The notes beneath the pieces were generated by a model. The model did not search any database. It was given only the letters and a program-made list of their open reading frames with translations, and was not told where the DNA came from. Source: Spirochaetia bacterium (GTDB lineage: Bacteria; Spirochaetota; Spirochaetia; CADAEX01). From it: a DNA stretch of 64,000 bases. Shown here one piece after another: positions 27,871-38,802 of this stretch. A program made the position numbers and the translations under genes. The DNA lies in NCBI GenBank assembly GCA_963662795.1, contig OY759746.1, positions 928,001 to 992,000 on the forward strand. Reading direction: 5' to 3'. The stretch's first letter is position 1; every line of letters begins with the position of its first letter.

Positions 27871-29832
27871 TTAATTCAGATACTCTTTCATCTCCATTTC
27901 AATACTTTCCCACTCGTTCATAAGATCTAACTGCTTTTTTTTGCTCTCATCAAGGAGTATTTTAAGCTCTTTGATCTTCAGTCCGTCAGAATAGTATTCG
28001 GGAAGCCCCATTTTATTTTCAAAATCCGAGGCTTCCTTTTCAAGTTTATCAATGAGGGCCATTACTTCATCAGCCCTTTTTTCAAGCTTCCTTTTTTCCC
28101 GTTTTACTGTTTTGTCCTTTTCCCTGTTACTGATTGCCCTGCCCTGCGCTGCTTCCGGACAGATTTCTTTTTCCTGCCGGCCCGAACCCCCGGAGCCGGA
28201 CATAAGGTTTTCTGTTTTTTCCTTTGACCAGATGTAATATTCATAGTCTCCCGGATAATCTTTTGCGGATCCCTCATCAAGTTCAATTACCCTTGTCGCA
28301 AGATTTTCAATAAAATACCTGTCATGCGAAACAAATATCAGGGTTCCGGTGTAGCTTTTAAGCGCATCAAGTAAAATATCCTTTGAATTTAAGTCAAGAT
28401 GGTTGGTCGGTTCATCAAGGACAAGAAGGTTCACAGGATGGAGAAGCAGTTTAAGAAGCGCTATCCTGTTTTTCTCCCCTCCCGAGAGGTATGATATTTT
28501 TTTAAAAATATCATCACCCCTGAATAAAAAAGCGCCCAGAAGATTGCGCAGAAGAGGAATAAGTTCTGTCGGTGAGATTGATTCAATTTCTTCAATAATT
28601 GTATTTTCCCCGGTTAGAGTCGCTTCGAAATCCTGGGAAAAATATCCGCACTTCACATCCTTGCCAAGCCGATAAGTACCTGAAAAAAGGCTGTCAGAAC
28701 CGGAGAGGATTCTTAAAAGAGTTGATTTACCTGCGCCGTTTTTTCCGGCAAGGGCAATCTTCTCTCCCCTCGTTATTGAAAGATTTATATCCTTAAGGGC
28801 ATGATAGCTGCCATAATATTTATCAAGTGACTCAATCGATATAACATCCTTTCCTGAATGGGGAGGAGAAGGAAAATGGAAATGAATTTTTTTAAGGCTT
28901 TCAGGTATCTCTATCCTTTCAATATTCTCAAGCTGCTTTATCCTGCTCTGAACAAGGCTTGCCTTTGAAGCGTTGCTCCTGAATTTTCTGATGAAATACT
29001 CTATCCTTTCAATCTCTTCCTGCTGCCTGTCATATCTTGAAACAAGCGATTCAAGTTCCTGCCGCCTGGTTTTCTCATAACTGCTGTAGTTGCCCTTGTA
29101 CCGGTTTAGTTTGCCTGCGAAAAGCTCAATAACCTCGCTGCACGTTACATCAAGAAAAAACCTGTCATGTGAAACTATTATTACGCCGCCGGCGAACCTG
29201 GAAATAAACTCCTCAAGCCACTGCCGCGCCTCAATATCAAGATAATTGGTTGGTTCATCAAGAAGCATGATGTCAGGCTTCTCAAGCAGGGTCCGCGCAA
29301 GCGCTATTCTCATCTGCCAGCCGCCTGAAAACTCTTCCGTCATTTTATCAAAATCGCCTCTTGAAAAACCGAGACCTGTCAGGATCCTGTCTATCTCCTT
29401 TTCCCTTTCATAGTAACCGCTTGAAAGAATTGATTCGTGTATATTGTGATGCTCTTCAAGGAGCCGCGAGAGGGCAGTCTCCTTACTGCTTGCGCCGGTG
29501 GTCCCTGTAAGTTCCTTTTCAATAACATGCATCCGCTCTATCATCTCTTCAAAACAGGAAAACGCCTTTTCCGCCTCGGAGATTAGAGGAACCCCGCTGA
29601 ACACAATTCCTGACTGGGGGAGATATGAAACACGCGACCCCTTTTGTCTGGAAACTGTGCCGGAATCCGCTTTCGAAAGCCCGGCCGCAATCTTTAAGAG
29701 TGTTGACTTGCCGCTGCCGTTTGCGCCGGCAAGCGCTATGCGGGAGTCTTCTGATATGTTTATGTTTACTTTATCAAGAACATCCCTGTTTCCGAATGCA
29801 ACAGAGACACCTGAGAGATTGACAAATGCCAT
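27871..29832 (-). CDS. ABC-F family ATP-binding protein
   Basis: Two ABC domains (GANGSGKS, FSGGW, LDEPTNYLD; GKNGAGKS, LSGGE, LDEPTNHLD), no TM segments, C-terminal coiled coil. Confidence 0.95.
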   Translation of the reverse strand: MAFVNLSGVSVAFGNRDVLDKVNINISEDSRIALAGANGSGKSTLLKIAAGLSKADSGTVSRQKGSRVSYLPQSGIVFSGVPLISEAEKAFSCFEEMIERMHVIEKELTGTTGASSKETALSRLLEEHHNIHESILSSGYYEREKEIDRILTGLGFSRGDFDKMTEEFSGGWQMRIALARTLLEKPDIMLLDEPTNYLDIEARQWLEEFISRFAGGVIIVSHDRFFLDVTCSEVIELFAGKLNRYKGNYSSYEKTRRQELESLVSRYDRQQEEIERIEYFIRKFRSNASKASLVQSRIKQLENIERIEIPESLKKIHFHFPSPPHSGKDVISIESLDKYYGSYHALKDINLSITRGEKIALAGKNGAGKSTLLRILSGSDSLFSGTYRLGKDVKCGYFSQDFEATLTGENTIIEEIESISPTELIPLLRNLLGAFLFRGDDIFKKISYLSGGEKNRIALLKLLLHPVNLLVLDEPTNHLDLNSKDILLDALKSYTGTLIFVSHDRYFIENLATRVIELDEGSAKDYPGDYEYYIWSKEKTENLMSGSGGSGRQEKEICPEAAQGRAISNREKDKTVKREKRKLEKRADEVMALIDKLEKEASDFENKMGLPEYYSDGLKIKELKILLDESKKKQLDLMNEWESIEMEMKEYLN

Positions 29833-29838
29833 TAAATT

Positions 29839-31113
29839 TTATCCTTCTTCAAGAAGGGAGGTTTGTCTGAAATAATACATAAACCGCTCTTCAGGCAGGT
29901 TTACGACAACCCCGTTTTCAATTGAGTCTTCCGGAACAAAGGTAAACTGGACTCCATCTTCCCTGAAAATATAGGCGAAGACTATCTCCCGGCCGCTTCT
30001 GTCAAAGACAAAAGAAAGAGTGCCGTCAAAATCGCCGGAAAGCTCTCCTGAAATAAAATATTTATTTTTAAGGGAACCGGAATTGCCAAACCCGAACGGA
30101 ATAATTTCAGGAACAAGATTGATATAGCCTGTCCAGATAAAACGGTCATCATCCCTTAAGGTAATTGAGCCGTAAAGTCCGCTGACGAGGTACTTTCCCC
30201 TGCGGTAAAAGGATTCAAGCTCTTTATTCCGCCTCGCAAGTTCAAGTTCAATATAATGATCAACCGGATTTTCCAGTAATGTATAAAATCCGGAATAATC
30301 GATCCCGCGGTTAACGTATTTTATATAGATTTTGTCTGCCGAATAAAAGATTATCTCGACAGGAGTGCCGGAGAGGACAAAACTGTTATTCCCTGATGAA
30401 ATAATATTCTCAAAATCGAACTCAATCCTCTCCTCCGGAGTCTGAATAATAATTTTTTTCCCTTCTTTATCAGGGAAAATTCCTTCTCCTGTCCTCAAAT
30501 TTTCTATAACAACCTGCCCGCTCTTCAGGGTATCAAGATATACGGTCGGATACCAGATATTGCCTAAAAAACTTTCAATATAATCTTTTTCATTTTCCGA
30601 TGTCAGCTTTGTGCTGTCTTTTTCATATACAGTAAGAAATTTATCAAAACAGTAGCCTTCAAAACCATCTTCAGTCAAAACCTGATACCAGAAACCTGAC
30701 AACTTATTAACAGTTACAGGTCCGGGAAGCCGGTCGACAATCTTTACGATCTGGCTGGGCCTGAGTTTATATTCCCTGTCTGATGAACCTGAGGGAGATG
30801 TCCTTATGATAAGGCTTTTCTCGGAATACCCGTATTGATTTATATACGGAGAATATTTTTCCATGAAAACTTCCGCTTCTTTTCTTTTTTTAAAAAATTT
30901 CCCTGTGCCTCTGGGCACCTCTTCCCGTTTTTTATCCTCTTTTTTTTCTATTACATAAACATCTCTTATATCTGACTGCGAAATGACATCCGCAATCTCT
31001 CCGGATTTGACACCGGCCTCTTCAGGCGGCCATATTGCACCATAATAGCCTATTCTCCCGCCGGAGCAGGAAGCAGTAATTAATGATATAAAGAAAAATA
31101 TTAACAGTCTCAA
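29839..31113 (-). CDS. SH3-domain-containing putative lipoprotein
   Basis: Lipobox-like LITASC; bacterial SH3 pattern LIIRTSPS...WYQVLTEDGFEGYCF. Confidence 0.7.
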   Translation of the reverse strand: MRLLIFFFISLITASCSGGRIGYYGAIWPPEEAGVKSGEIADVISQSDIRDVYVIEKKEDKKREEVPRGTGKFFKKRKEAEVFMEKYSPYINQYGYSEKSLIIRTSPSGSSDREYKLRPSQIVKIVDRLPGPVTVNKLSGFWYQVLTEDGFEGYCFDKFLTVYEKDSTKLTSENEKDYIESFLGNIWYPTVYLDTLKSGQVVIENLRTGEGIFPDKEGKKIIIQTPEERIEFDFENIISSGNNSFVLSGTPVEIIFYSADKIYIKYVNRGIDYSGFYTLLENPVDHYIELELARRNKELESFYRRGKYLVSGLYGSITLRDDDRFIWTGYINLVPEIIPFGFGNSGSLKNKYFISGELSGDFDGTLSFVFDRSGREIVFAYIFREDGVQFTFVPEDSIENGVVVNLPEERFMYYFRQTSLLEEG

Positions 31114-31271
31114 AAAATCCTCCGGTACTTTTCTGCAGATATTTATTTTATCAAAATTGCAGAGGAATCAGTATTTCAGATAAATCTACTATACCATAAA
31201 ATGAACTTGGTAAGTCAATCTTTACAGGCAAAAGATTTTAACGATATGCAGGATGAAGCTGGATGAAAGCA

Positions 31272-32156
31272 TTAAGGCGCAGATGCCGGACGGTCATGGA
31301 TAATGACAAATCTTCCTTCAGTAATCAATCTTTCATTTCTGCCGCGGTAAAGAAGTTTGTCAGCATCAGATACAGGAATAACAATATCTGTCCTGTTGCG
31401 TCCGAAAAGAGAAGATGCCATTGTATAAAGGGGTTTATCCCCGACCCTTTCCTTTATTCCGGGATCGGAAGGATCGCTGAAATAGGCGGCGCATCCCCAT
31501 TTTTCAAGATATTCAGGACTCACCATCTCCATTGAGATTATCTTTCTCATTCTCTCATCATAGACTGAAGGAAACAGCGCCGGGGGAAGAGTCCCCTTAC
31601 GGTTCTCGCCATGGAGAGGATATTCGCCTTTGGCATAAATGACAACTCCGCTGTATTTCGCTGACGGGATCCAGATGAATGTTTTTTCAGGTTTTACAGG
31701 AATTTTATGTTTTATAAAATAACTTCCGATATCACTGTAAATATCAAGCTTGTACTGCATTCTTACCCCGGCCATATCCTGGTTATAGACACTGAATACT
31801 TTTATAATGTTGTTGTTGATATCGTTTATACTGGAAAGCATATCCGGGGTTTTGCGGATCATTTCATCTATGGTAAATGAGGCATTATAGTATAAAGGGC
31901 CGTATTTATCCTTTTTAATTGAATCCATGAATATGTTGAAAAAGTTCTTCTTGAAAAATTCTTCACTATTGTCCCGCATCCTGAGACTTTCGCTGCCCGG
32001 GGCAAAAGTTGTCTCAACATCAATGACCATCTTTCCATCTATCCAGTTTACCTCAGAGTATGAACTCATACCTGTCTGCTGGGCAAAAAGAGCTGACGCG
32101 GACGGGAACAACAGCATTACGGGGGCCAGGATTAAAAATATTACAAAACGGCGCAT
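31272..32156 (-). CDS. exported hypothetical protein (LPP20-family-like C-terminal region)
   Basis: Signal peptide; SGVVIYAKG...PALFPSVYDE...RVGDKPL...DIVI pattern. Confidence 0.6.
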   Translation of the reverse strand: MRRFVIFLILAPVMLLFPSASALFAQQTGMSSYSEVNWIDGKMVIDVETTFAPGSESLRMRDNSEEFFKKNFFNIFMDSIKKDKYGPLYYNASFTIDEMIRKTPDMLSSINDINNNIIKVFSVYNQDMAGVRMQYKLDIYSDIGSYFIKHKIPVKPEKTFIWIPSAKYSGVVIYAKGEYPLHGENRKGTLPPALFPSVYDERMRKIISMEMVSPEYLEKWGCAAYFSDPSDPGIKERVGDKPLYTMASSLFGRNRTDIVIPVSDADKLLYRGRNERLITEGRFVIIHDRPASAP

Positions 32157-32168
32157 AACTACTCCTTT

Positions 32169-33512
32169 TCAGCTGTCTGTCCCGGGGACCCTGAGCTCCA
32201 TACCTATTGTAAGGAGGGTATCGACATGGATTCCGTTGTGATAGGCAACATTGTACGGGTCTGTGCCGTACCTGCGGGCTATTGACCACAGCGTATCGCC
32301 TGATCTTACTATGTGGCTTCCCCTGTAATTTGCAGGATTATCCAGAGCTACAGGGGCCGGTGCTGTCTGTTTTCCCTTATAGGGAGGTACATCCTTCAGG
32401 GCCGGGACAAGAATTTTCTGCCCTATTGAAAGAAATGACGGATCCAGATGCTTGTTGTAGCTTTGAATCATTGAAACGGAAACACCGTAGTGCCGTCCGA
32501 GATCATAAAGGGTGTCCCCTTTTTTAATCTGATAGAAATGGAATTTCATTAAATTTTCTTTGGAGAGGGATACAGTCTCAGCAACCGCCTTTCCCATCCC
32601 CTCAGGTACTTTAAGATAATAATCCCTGCCCGAAGGCGTTATGTCATAACGCAGTTCAGCGTTTGCGCTCTTTATAAGATCATAGGGCAGCTTCGCTTCA
32701 GACGCAAGTTTTGAAAGGCTCACCGAATAGTCAAGGTTTACCCTCTCCCATCTGTACGGCTGCCTCCAGGGGGTTTCAATACCGTATCTGCCTCTGGAGG
32801 AAAGAATCGCCGATAGCGCGAGGAACCTGGGAACATAGTGAATAGTTTCTGACGGAAGCAGTCCTTTTCCTGAAAGCTCCCAGTAATCCGAAATCCCTGT
32901 CGCTTTTATTGTTCGCTGGACCCTCCCGAGGCCGCAGTTATAAGCTGCAAGTGCGAGCAGCCAGTCTCCGCCGAGCATATCATAATTATATTTTAATTTG
33001 GCTATGGCCCCTTCAGTAGATTTCCAGAAATCTCTCCTGTCATCTGCCCAGTCGTCTATCTTCATCCCGTACGGGCTTATGCTGTTTCTCATAAACTGCC
33101 AGATTCCGACAGCGCCTGACCTTGAAACAGCGCTGTATCTGTATGCCGATTCTGTAACCGGAAGATAAAGCAGCTCATAAGGCATATCGTTTCTGTAAAG
33201 TACTTCATCAATAAAATCAATAAAGATGTCTGCCCGCTCCATAACAGATTCAAGCCATTTGATCTGCGCGGGAGAGGAATATTTTTCAAGATAGTAAAAA
33301 TAAAGAGCGCTGTTATTGTGATCAAAGGTAAAAACCTCTTTTCCCGCATGGGTCTGTGCAGATTCAAACCATCTGTTTCTGCTGATTACCGCGTTTACGG
33401 TATCAGCATTCATGCTCTTGTCATTTATATCCGGGATAAAAGGGAGTGGGCCTGCAAAGAGTGAGGCTGAAGTGAAAATAATAATCAGTAATAAAGCAAT
33501 TTTACCTTTCAT
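32169..33512 (-). CDS. lytic murein transglycosylase (SLT domain plus two LysM domains), MltD-like
   Basis: LPVTESAY, SRSGAVGIWQFM, LALAAYNCG and ETIHYVP; two LysM repeats (IKKGDTLY, VRSGDTLWSIA). Confidence 0.92.
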   Translation of the reverse strand: MKGKIALLLIIIFTSASLFAGPLPFIPDINDKSMNADTVNAVISRNRWFESAQTHAGKEVFTFDHNNSALYFYYLEKYSSPAQIKWLESVMERADIFIDFIDEVLYRNDMPYELLYLPVTESAYRYSAVSRSGAVGIWQFMRNSISPYGMKIDDWADDRRDFWKSTEGAIAKLKYNYDMLGGDWLLALAAYNCGLGRVQRTIKATGISDYWELSGKGLLPSETIHYVPRFLALSAILSSRGRYGIETPWRQPYRWERVNLDYSVSLSKLASEAKLPYDLIKSANAELRYDITPSGRDYYLKVPEGMGKAVAETVSLSKENLMKFHFYQIKKGDTLYDLGRHYGVSVSMIQSYNKHLDPSFLSIGQKILVPALKDVPPYKGKQTAPAPVALDNPANYRGSHIVRSGDTLWSIARRYGTDPYNVAYHNGIHVDTLLTIGMELRVPGTDS

Positions 33513-34572
33513 CTGAAGCTGCAAACGGTTTTTCTCCAAAATAGATACCTGCCCATTCCCAGTTCCCGTGTATCTCCGAATCCGCCGGGAAATTGATTTT
33601 CTGAAAGTAAAGATACCATGTACTTATCCTGTATGACCAGCCCGATGATTTAAGATATGCTTCCTGCTGATTGGAAGCCCTGTCAAGTTTCCTGTCGACA
33701 GTAATTCTGGGCGAAAGAAAAATCCCCAGGTTATCGACAAACTCAGGCTCTGTTGTTCCTTCACCTTCTTCCCATGATACGGCAAAAAAATTAACCTTTG
33801 TCATATATTTTCTCAGCAGCCTGCTGTCACGCCTGAATTTTGCTTCATTTATGGCATTAATTACAGTATCGACAAGCACATCAAGAGACTCAAATGTCCA
33901 GTTTTTATCAGTATTGTAGAAAGCAAGAAGGGCCTGCACCCTCTCCCTTGCATAGGAATCGCCTGCAACAGATAAATCTGAAAAATCAAGAAATTTCCTG
34001 TATGCCTGGATTGCCTGTTCCCACTCGCCGGCCTGTGCGTATGTGTCTCCAAGATAGTAATAGGTTTCGCCTATATTTATTAATTCGCTAAACCGGGCAA
34101 TAATATCCTTATAATAGACAATTCTCGCATCAGTATCCTCTATCATATCAAGGAGATCCCGGAGACAAAGGTAATGGATTGAATTACCCATGTACTTTAT
34201 ATCCTGATAGTTTTTCAGGATACGCTCGTAGTAGCTGATGGCAAAAGGATACGCCATGTCTTCCCTGTAATTTCTTGCGACAATCATCAGGTAATAGGCG
34301 TTAAAGGGATCCGGCCTGTTCTGTTCGACGTAGGTCGTAAGGAAAAGATTTATCTCGCCGTTGCTTGCCGCTGTGGACAGAAGTTCAAGCAGCTGCCTCA
34401 TGATAATGAACTTTTTCTCATAAAGCTCTTCGCCCTGAAGGGAGGAGTACAGCCGGGTAAATTCCTTTCTTTCGCTCCTTCCGAGATTAATATAATAACC
34501 TTCCCGGTAACAGCTGGTAAAAGAGATAGTCAGGATTATAATTAATATTGTGAATGTTATTCTTTTTTTCAT
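33502..34572 (-). CDS. TPR-containing putative lipoprotein
   Basis: MKKRITF...ISFTSC lipoprotein signal; TPR YYYLGDTY...A...Y..FL; C-terminal WEWAGIYFGE. Confidence 0.75.
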   Translation of the reverse strand: MKKRITFTILIIILTISFTSCYREGYYINLGRSERKEFTRLYSSLQGEELYEKKFIIMRQLLELLSTAASNGEINLFLTTYVEQNRPDPFNAYYLMIVARNYREDMAYPFAISYYERILKNYQDIKYMGNSIHYLCLRDLLDMIEDTDARIVYYKDIIARFSELINIGETYYYLGDTYAQAGEWEQAIQAYRKFLDFSDLSVAGDSYARERVQALLAFYNTDKNWTFESLDVLVDTVINAINEAKFRRDSRLLRKYMTKVNFFAVSWEEGEGTTEPEFVDNLGIFLSPRITVDRKLDRASNQQEAYLKSSGWSYRISTWYLYFQKINFPADSEIHGNWEWAGIYFGEKPFAASDER

Positions 34573-34665
34573 TATGCCAAAGCGGGGGAAGTATAACACA
34601 GCATGGCACAGTTGGCAAGAAGCCGGCTATCTGTTAATATTCATTCAATTCAAGGAGACAAACTG

Positions 34666-35871
34666 ATGGAAGCTAAGATTATAATGAAAGACGGCAAACT
34701 TGTTGTACCGGAAAATCCTGTAATTCCATTTATTGAAGGGGATGGAACAGGCCCCGACATATGGAAAGCAGCCAGAATAGTTTTTGATGCGGCAGTAAAC
34801 AAAGCTTACAAAGGGAAAAGAAGCATACAGTGGAAAGAGGTACTGGCCGGAGAAAAATCCCATAAACTGAACGGGGAATGGCTTCCAAAGGAAACTCTCC
34901 AGAACTTTATAGATTACCGGGTCGGGATAAAAGGACCTCTTACTACTCCTGTCGGGGGAGGCATCAGAAGCCTTAATGTAACACTTAGGCAGACTCTTGA
35001 CCTTTATGTATGCCTGCGGCCTGTCAAACACTTTGCCGGCATCCCGTCTCCGGTTAAAAACCCGGAAAACGTAGACATGGTAGTATTCAGGGAAAACACT
35101 GAAGATGTATACGCAGGATTTGAAACCAGATCGGGAGAACCCAAGACAGAGAAACTTGCCTCCTTTTTAAAAACAGAGTTCGGCTGGCATGTTCCTGAAG
35201 GTTCCGGAATCGGGATTAAACCGATCAGTAAAAAAGGGACCGAAAGACTTGTAAGGGCCGCGATTAAATACGCTATTGCCGGCAACAGAAAAAGCGTAAC
35301 CCTTGTCCACAAGGGCAATATCATGAAATTCACGGAAGGCGCTTTCAGGGAATGGGGATATCAGCTTGCGAAGAATGAGTTCGGGGGCAGCGTTGTAACA
35401 CTCGAAGAAACTGACGGAAAAATCCCTGAAGGGAAAATTTTGATAAAAGACTGCATTGCTGACGCTTTTCTGCAGCAGATACTCACCCGCCCGGCAGAAT
35501 ACGATGTAATTGCTACAATGAATCTTAACGGAGACTACATTTCTGACGCGCTTGCCGCCCAGGTCGGCGGAATCGGGATAGCACCCGGAGCTAATATAAA
35601 CTACACAACCGGAATCGGTATTTTTGAGGCAACCCATGGAACAGCTCCAAAATATGCAGGGAAAAACATGGTAAATCCGGGCTCACTTATCCTGTCAGGC
35701 CAGATGATGCTTGAATATATGGGATGGAAAGAGGCTGCTGCCCTCATCGAAAAGGGAATTGTAAAAACCATAAGCCAGAAAAAAGTAACCTATGATTTTG
35801 CAAGGCTGCTTGAGGGATCAGAGCAGGTTTCAACAAGCGATTTTGGTCAGCTTATAGCTGATAACATGTGA
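34666..35871 (+). CDS. icd: isocitrate dehydrogenase (NADP+), E. coli type
   Basis: [52 protein letters not shown] and [12 protein letters not shown] motifs. Confidence 0.97.
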   Translation: MEAKIIMKDGKLVVPENPVIPFIEGDGTGPDIWKAARIVFDAAVNKAYKGKRSIQWKEVLAGEKSHKLNGEWLPKETLQNFIDYRVGIKGPLTTPVGGGIRSLNVTLRQTLDLYVCLRPVKHFAGIPSPVKNPENVDMVVFRENTEDVYAGFETRSGEPKTEKLASFLKTEFGWHVPEGSGIGIKPISKKGTERLVRAAIKYAIAGNRKSVTLVHKGNIMKFTEGAFREWGYQLAKNEFGGSVVTLEETDGKIPEGKILIKDCIADAFLQQILTRPAEYDVIATMNLNGDYISDALAAQVGGIGIAPGANINYTTGIGIFEATHGTAPKYAGKNMVNPGSLILSGQMMLEYMGWKEAAALIEKGIVKTISQKKVTYDFARLLEGSEQVSTSDFGQLIADNM

Positions 35872-35880
35872 TACTGAATA

Positions 35881-36423
35881 ATGAAAAATAAAAAACAGGC
35901 GCCTGAGAAACTGCTTGCCGGCGGGACAGTATTTATACTCACCGGGTTGTTTCTGCTGCTGATGACGACAGGGGTTTTTACAGGAAGGGAACTTATATGG
36001 CCTTTTTTCATCATTCTGCCGGGTTTATATTTTCTGTATAAAGCTTTTTTTAAAAAAGGGACGGAAGCCAATATCCTGCCCGGAATGTTCCTTACCCTTT
36101 CAGGGATATATATGCTTCTTGCAGGTACGATTCTGAGGACACATGAAATAAAAAAGATCTGGCCGATTTTCATGCTGATTTCAGGCATATCGCTTATTCC
36201 ATACGGGTTTAAGAAGAAAAGGGCATTCAGGACAAAGATATTTGTTCCCTCTATCGCAATAATACTCCTTTCCCTGTTTTTTCTTCCATTCAGCTTAAAG
36301 CTGATGACAATAAAATTTCTGACATTTACAACAATATGGTGGCCTGTTCTTCTCATAATAATGGGCCTGGTTCTTGTATCTGTATTTATACGCAAGCAAT
36401 ATGGAAAGAATAATGACAAATAA
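35881..36423 (+). CDS. membrane protein (LiaF/DUF5668-like WP repeats)
   Basis: Hydrophobic protein with repeated IWP/WWP-x-x-I-I-x-x-G motifs. Confidence 0.65.
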   Translation: MKNKKQAPEKLLAGGTVFILTGLFLLLMTTGVFTGRELIWPFFIILPGLYFLYKAFFKKGTEANILPGMFLTLSGIYMLLAGTILRTHEIKKIWPIFMLISGISLIPYGFKKKRAFRTKIFVPSIAIILLSLFFLPFSLKLMTIKFLTFTTIWWPVLLIIMGLVLVSVFIRKQYGKNNDK

Positions 36424-36517
36424 TTTACTGGAGAGCACAGAATGCTCCTTCAAGTCCGGCAGAACCTTTAAAAATGGTCTGCCGGAATTAATGCTGATTA
36501 ATGAAAAAAAACCTGCC

Positions 36518-37081
36518 ATGACTGTTTACAGGATGCACTTAAACCGGCTGCTTATTCTCATACTTTTTTTCGCACCGGTATCAGGCACTTTTATTTTCCC
36601 CCAAACACAGCCTGCCGGTACTAAACCTGAAAAAGAAATACAAATCCGGGATGAGGATAAAAAACCCGGCAGCGTAACTATGAATCCGGAAAATCTTCTC
36701 GGATTAAGTCCTTCCGATATATTTAGGATACTGGGTTCACCTGAATCAGTTTATCCGATGAGGGGAAAGCTTGAATGGCAGGATGATGTTATCTTCTACT
36801 ACAGCACAAACCTTTATCTCTTCTTTTATGATAACAGGGTATGGCAGGTGCGGGGTGATTACAGGTTTGAAGGAAATATACTTGGAATCACCGCCGGTAT
36901 GGAAAAACAAAAGACCAGGGAACTGCTTGGAAAACCGGGCCGCGAAGAGGAAGGAGAGGATATCTACCTCAACCCTGCAAAAATGACAAGACTTGAAAAA
37001 GGGTTTCCTGTAAGAATGCGTCTGATCTTCGATCAGGACAGCAGGGTTTCAGACATGTACCTTTACCGCGGCGATTATTGA
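36518..37081 (+). CDS. exported hypothetical protein
   Basis: Long ORF with signal-like LLILILFFAPVSG and repeated LGxP motifs; start uncertain (36518 or 36533 rather than 36374). Confidence 0.6.
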   Translation: MTVYRMHLNRLLILILFFAPVSGTFIFPQTQPAGTKPEKEIQIRDEDKKPGSVTMNPENLLGLSPSDIFRILGSPESVYPMRGKLEWQDDVIFYYSTNLYLFFYDNRVWQVRGDYRFEGNILGITAGMEKQKTRELLGKPGREEEGEDIYLNPAKMTRLEKGFPVRMRLIFDQDSRVSDMYLYRGDY

Positions 37082-37168
37082 AAATACTGTAAGTACTGAA
37101 TGTACTGAAACTGCGGATGCCGGGCACACAGGACCATAATTTTTTTTCGCACGGAGGCTGGTATTCAC

Positions 37169-38062
37169 ATGATAAACCACGGCGGCGAACTTGCCGCACT
37201 TCTAACAGCGTTTTGCTGGGTAGCAACTTCCATGAGCTTTGAAGCGGCAGGGAAAAGGATAGGCTCCCTTACCGTAAACTTCATCCGTCTTATCATGGCA
37301 TTTACAATGATGGGTTTCTACCTTTTTATCAGGACCGGCGCACCGCTCCCGCTGGATGCGGACGGCAGGGTCTGGCTGTTCATGGGGCTTTCAGGCTTCA
37401 TTGGATTTGCGCTTGGGGATCTTTTTCTCTTTCAGGCATTTGTCCTTGTCGGCGCCCGCATCTCAATGCTTGTGTATGCTTCTGTCCCCATAATTACAGG
37501 GCTTGCCGGATTTTTCTTTCTTCATGAAACACTCGGACTTAAGGATATTTCAGGGATGTTGCTTACGGTTACAGGTATTGCAATTGTAGTTCTTGACAGG
37601 AACAAGGGAAAGGGGCCGAAGAATTCCTGTTTCCTTAAAGGGGTGTTTTTTGCGGCCCTGGGGGCGGCCGGGCAGGCAGGAGGGCTTATACTGTCAAAAT
37701 TCGGCATGGCAGGCTACAATAATCCGTTCGGATCAAACATGATCAGAATTATTGCAGGTATTGCGGGGTTCGCCGTTATTATCTCCGTCACGCGCCGCTG
37801 GCTTATTGTAAAAGAAGCTTTCCGTGACGGCAGGGGGATGCTCTTTACAGCGTCAGGAGCATTTTTCGGCCCTTTTGTCGGTGTTTCTTTCTCCCTTATC
37901 GCCATAACCCTGACATCAGCAGGAGTAGCATCGACAATTATGGCAATTACCCCTGTACTTATAATTATCCCGGCAGTCCTTATCTATAAAGAGCAGGTAA
38001 ACTTTATCGAAATCGCTGGGGCAGTCCTTGCCGTCACAGGTGTAGCGCTTCTGTTCTTATAA
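37169..38062 (+). CDS. DMT/EamA family transporter
   Basis: 10 TM segments, two EamA repeats (AFCW...N.IRL; FLHE-x-L; IYKE-x-V). Confidence 0.9.
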   Translation: MINHGGELAALLTAFCWVATSMSFEAAGKRIGSLTVNFIRLIMAFTMMGFYLFIRTGAPLPLDADGRVWLFMGLSGFIGFALGDLFLFQAFVLVGARISMLVYASVPIITGLAGFFFLHETLGLKDISGMLLTVTGIAIVVLDRNKGKGPKNSCFLKGVFFAALGAAGQAGGLILSKFGMAGYNNPFGSNMIRIIAGIAGFAVIISVTRRWLIVKEAFRDGRGMLFTASGAFFGPFVGVSFSLIAITLTSAGVASTIMAITPVLIIIPAVLIYKEQVNFIEIAGAVLAVTGVALLFL

Positions 38063-38118
38063 AAACCGCCGTACATATGCGTGCCAAAATCTGTGAGAAA
38101 ATTTATATATATAATTTT

Positions 38119-38802
38119 TTATGTAAGTTTTTTATCAGAAGTAATCCCGAGCCTGTAGGCAATGAGGGCTGCCTGAGTCCTGTCCCGGAGATCAAGAGCT
38201 GTCAGTATATTTGAAACATAATTTTTAACAGTCCCCTCGCTCAGAAAAAGTTTTTCAGATATTTCCCGGTTGGTAAGTCCTTCCGCTATTTCTGCAAGTA
38301 CATCTTTTTCCCGGCCGGAGAGAGTATTGATAATCTTACGAATATCATTATCATTTTCTGAAATATCGTTATCATCTTTACTGATATTTCCGATGAGTTT
38401 TCCTGCGGCAGAAGGGGACAGCTGGTATACTCCCTTATATGCAAGCTTTACAGCCTGTGCCAGATCCTTTTCCGGAATATCTTTCAGCAGATATCCGACT
38501 GCTCCGGCTTTAAGTGACTTAAGTATATATTCATCATCATCAAAGGTTGTGAGCATAATAATTTTGCGGCAAAATCCTTTTTGAAGAATTTCTTTTACTG
38601 CAGATATTCCGTCCATCACCGGCATCCTGATATCCATAAGTATTACATCAGGGTGCAGTTCCATTGATAATCTTACAGATTCCCTTCCGTTTTCTGCAGT
38701 GCCGGCAACAAAAATATCCTCCTGAAGTGAAAGAAGGGATGCAATCCCTTCCCGGATAAGTCTCTGGTCATCGACTACCAGAACTTTTATTTTATTCCCC
38801 AT
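38119..38802 (-). CDS. NarL/LuxR family response regulator
   Basis: VVDDQ, LMDIRMPVMDG and GYLLKD; LSGREKDVL...GLTNREIS...LSEGTVKNYVS HTH. Confidence 0.95.
   Translation of the reverse strand: MGNKIKVLVVDDQRLIREGIASLLSLQEDIFVAGTAENGRESVRLSMELHPDVILMDIRMPVMDGISAVKEILQKGFCRKIIMLTTFDDDEYILKSLKAGAVGYLLKDIPEKDLAQAVKLAYKGVYQLSPSAAGKLIGNISKDDNDISENDNDIRKIINTLSGREKDVLAEIAEGLTNREISEKLFLSEGTVKNYVSNILTALDLRDRTQAALIAYRLGITSDKKLT

Noticed and set aside
37083-37113. Short TACTG repeats with about 9-nt period
   Set aside because: Three degenerate units only; too short for CRISPR or iterons
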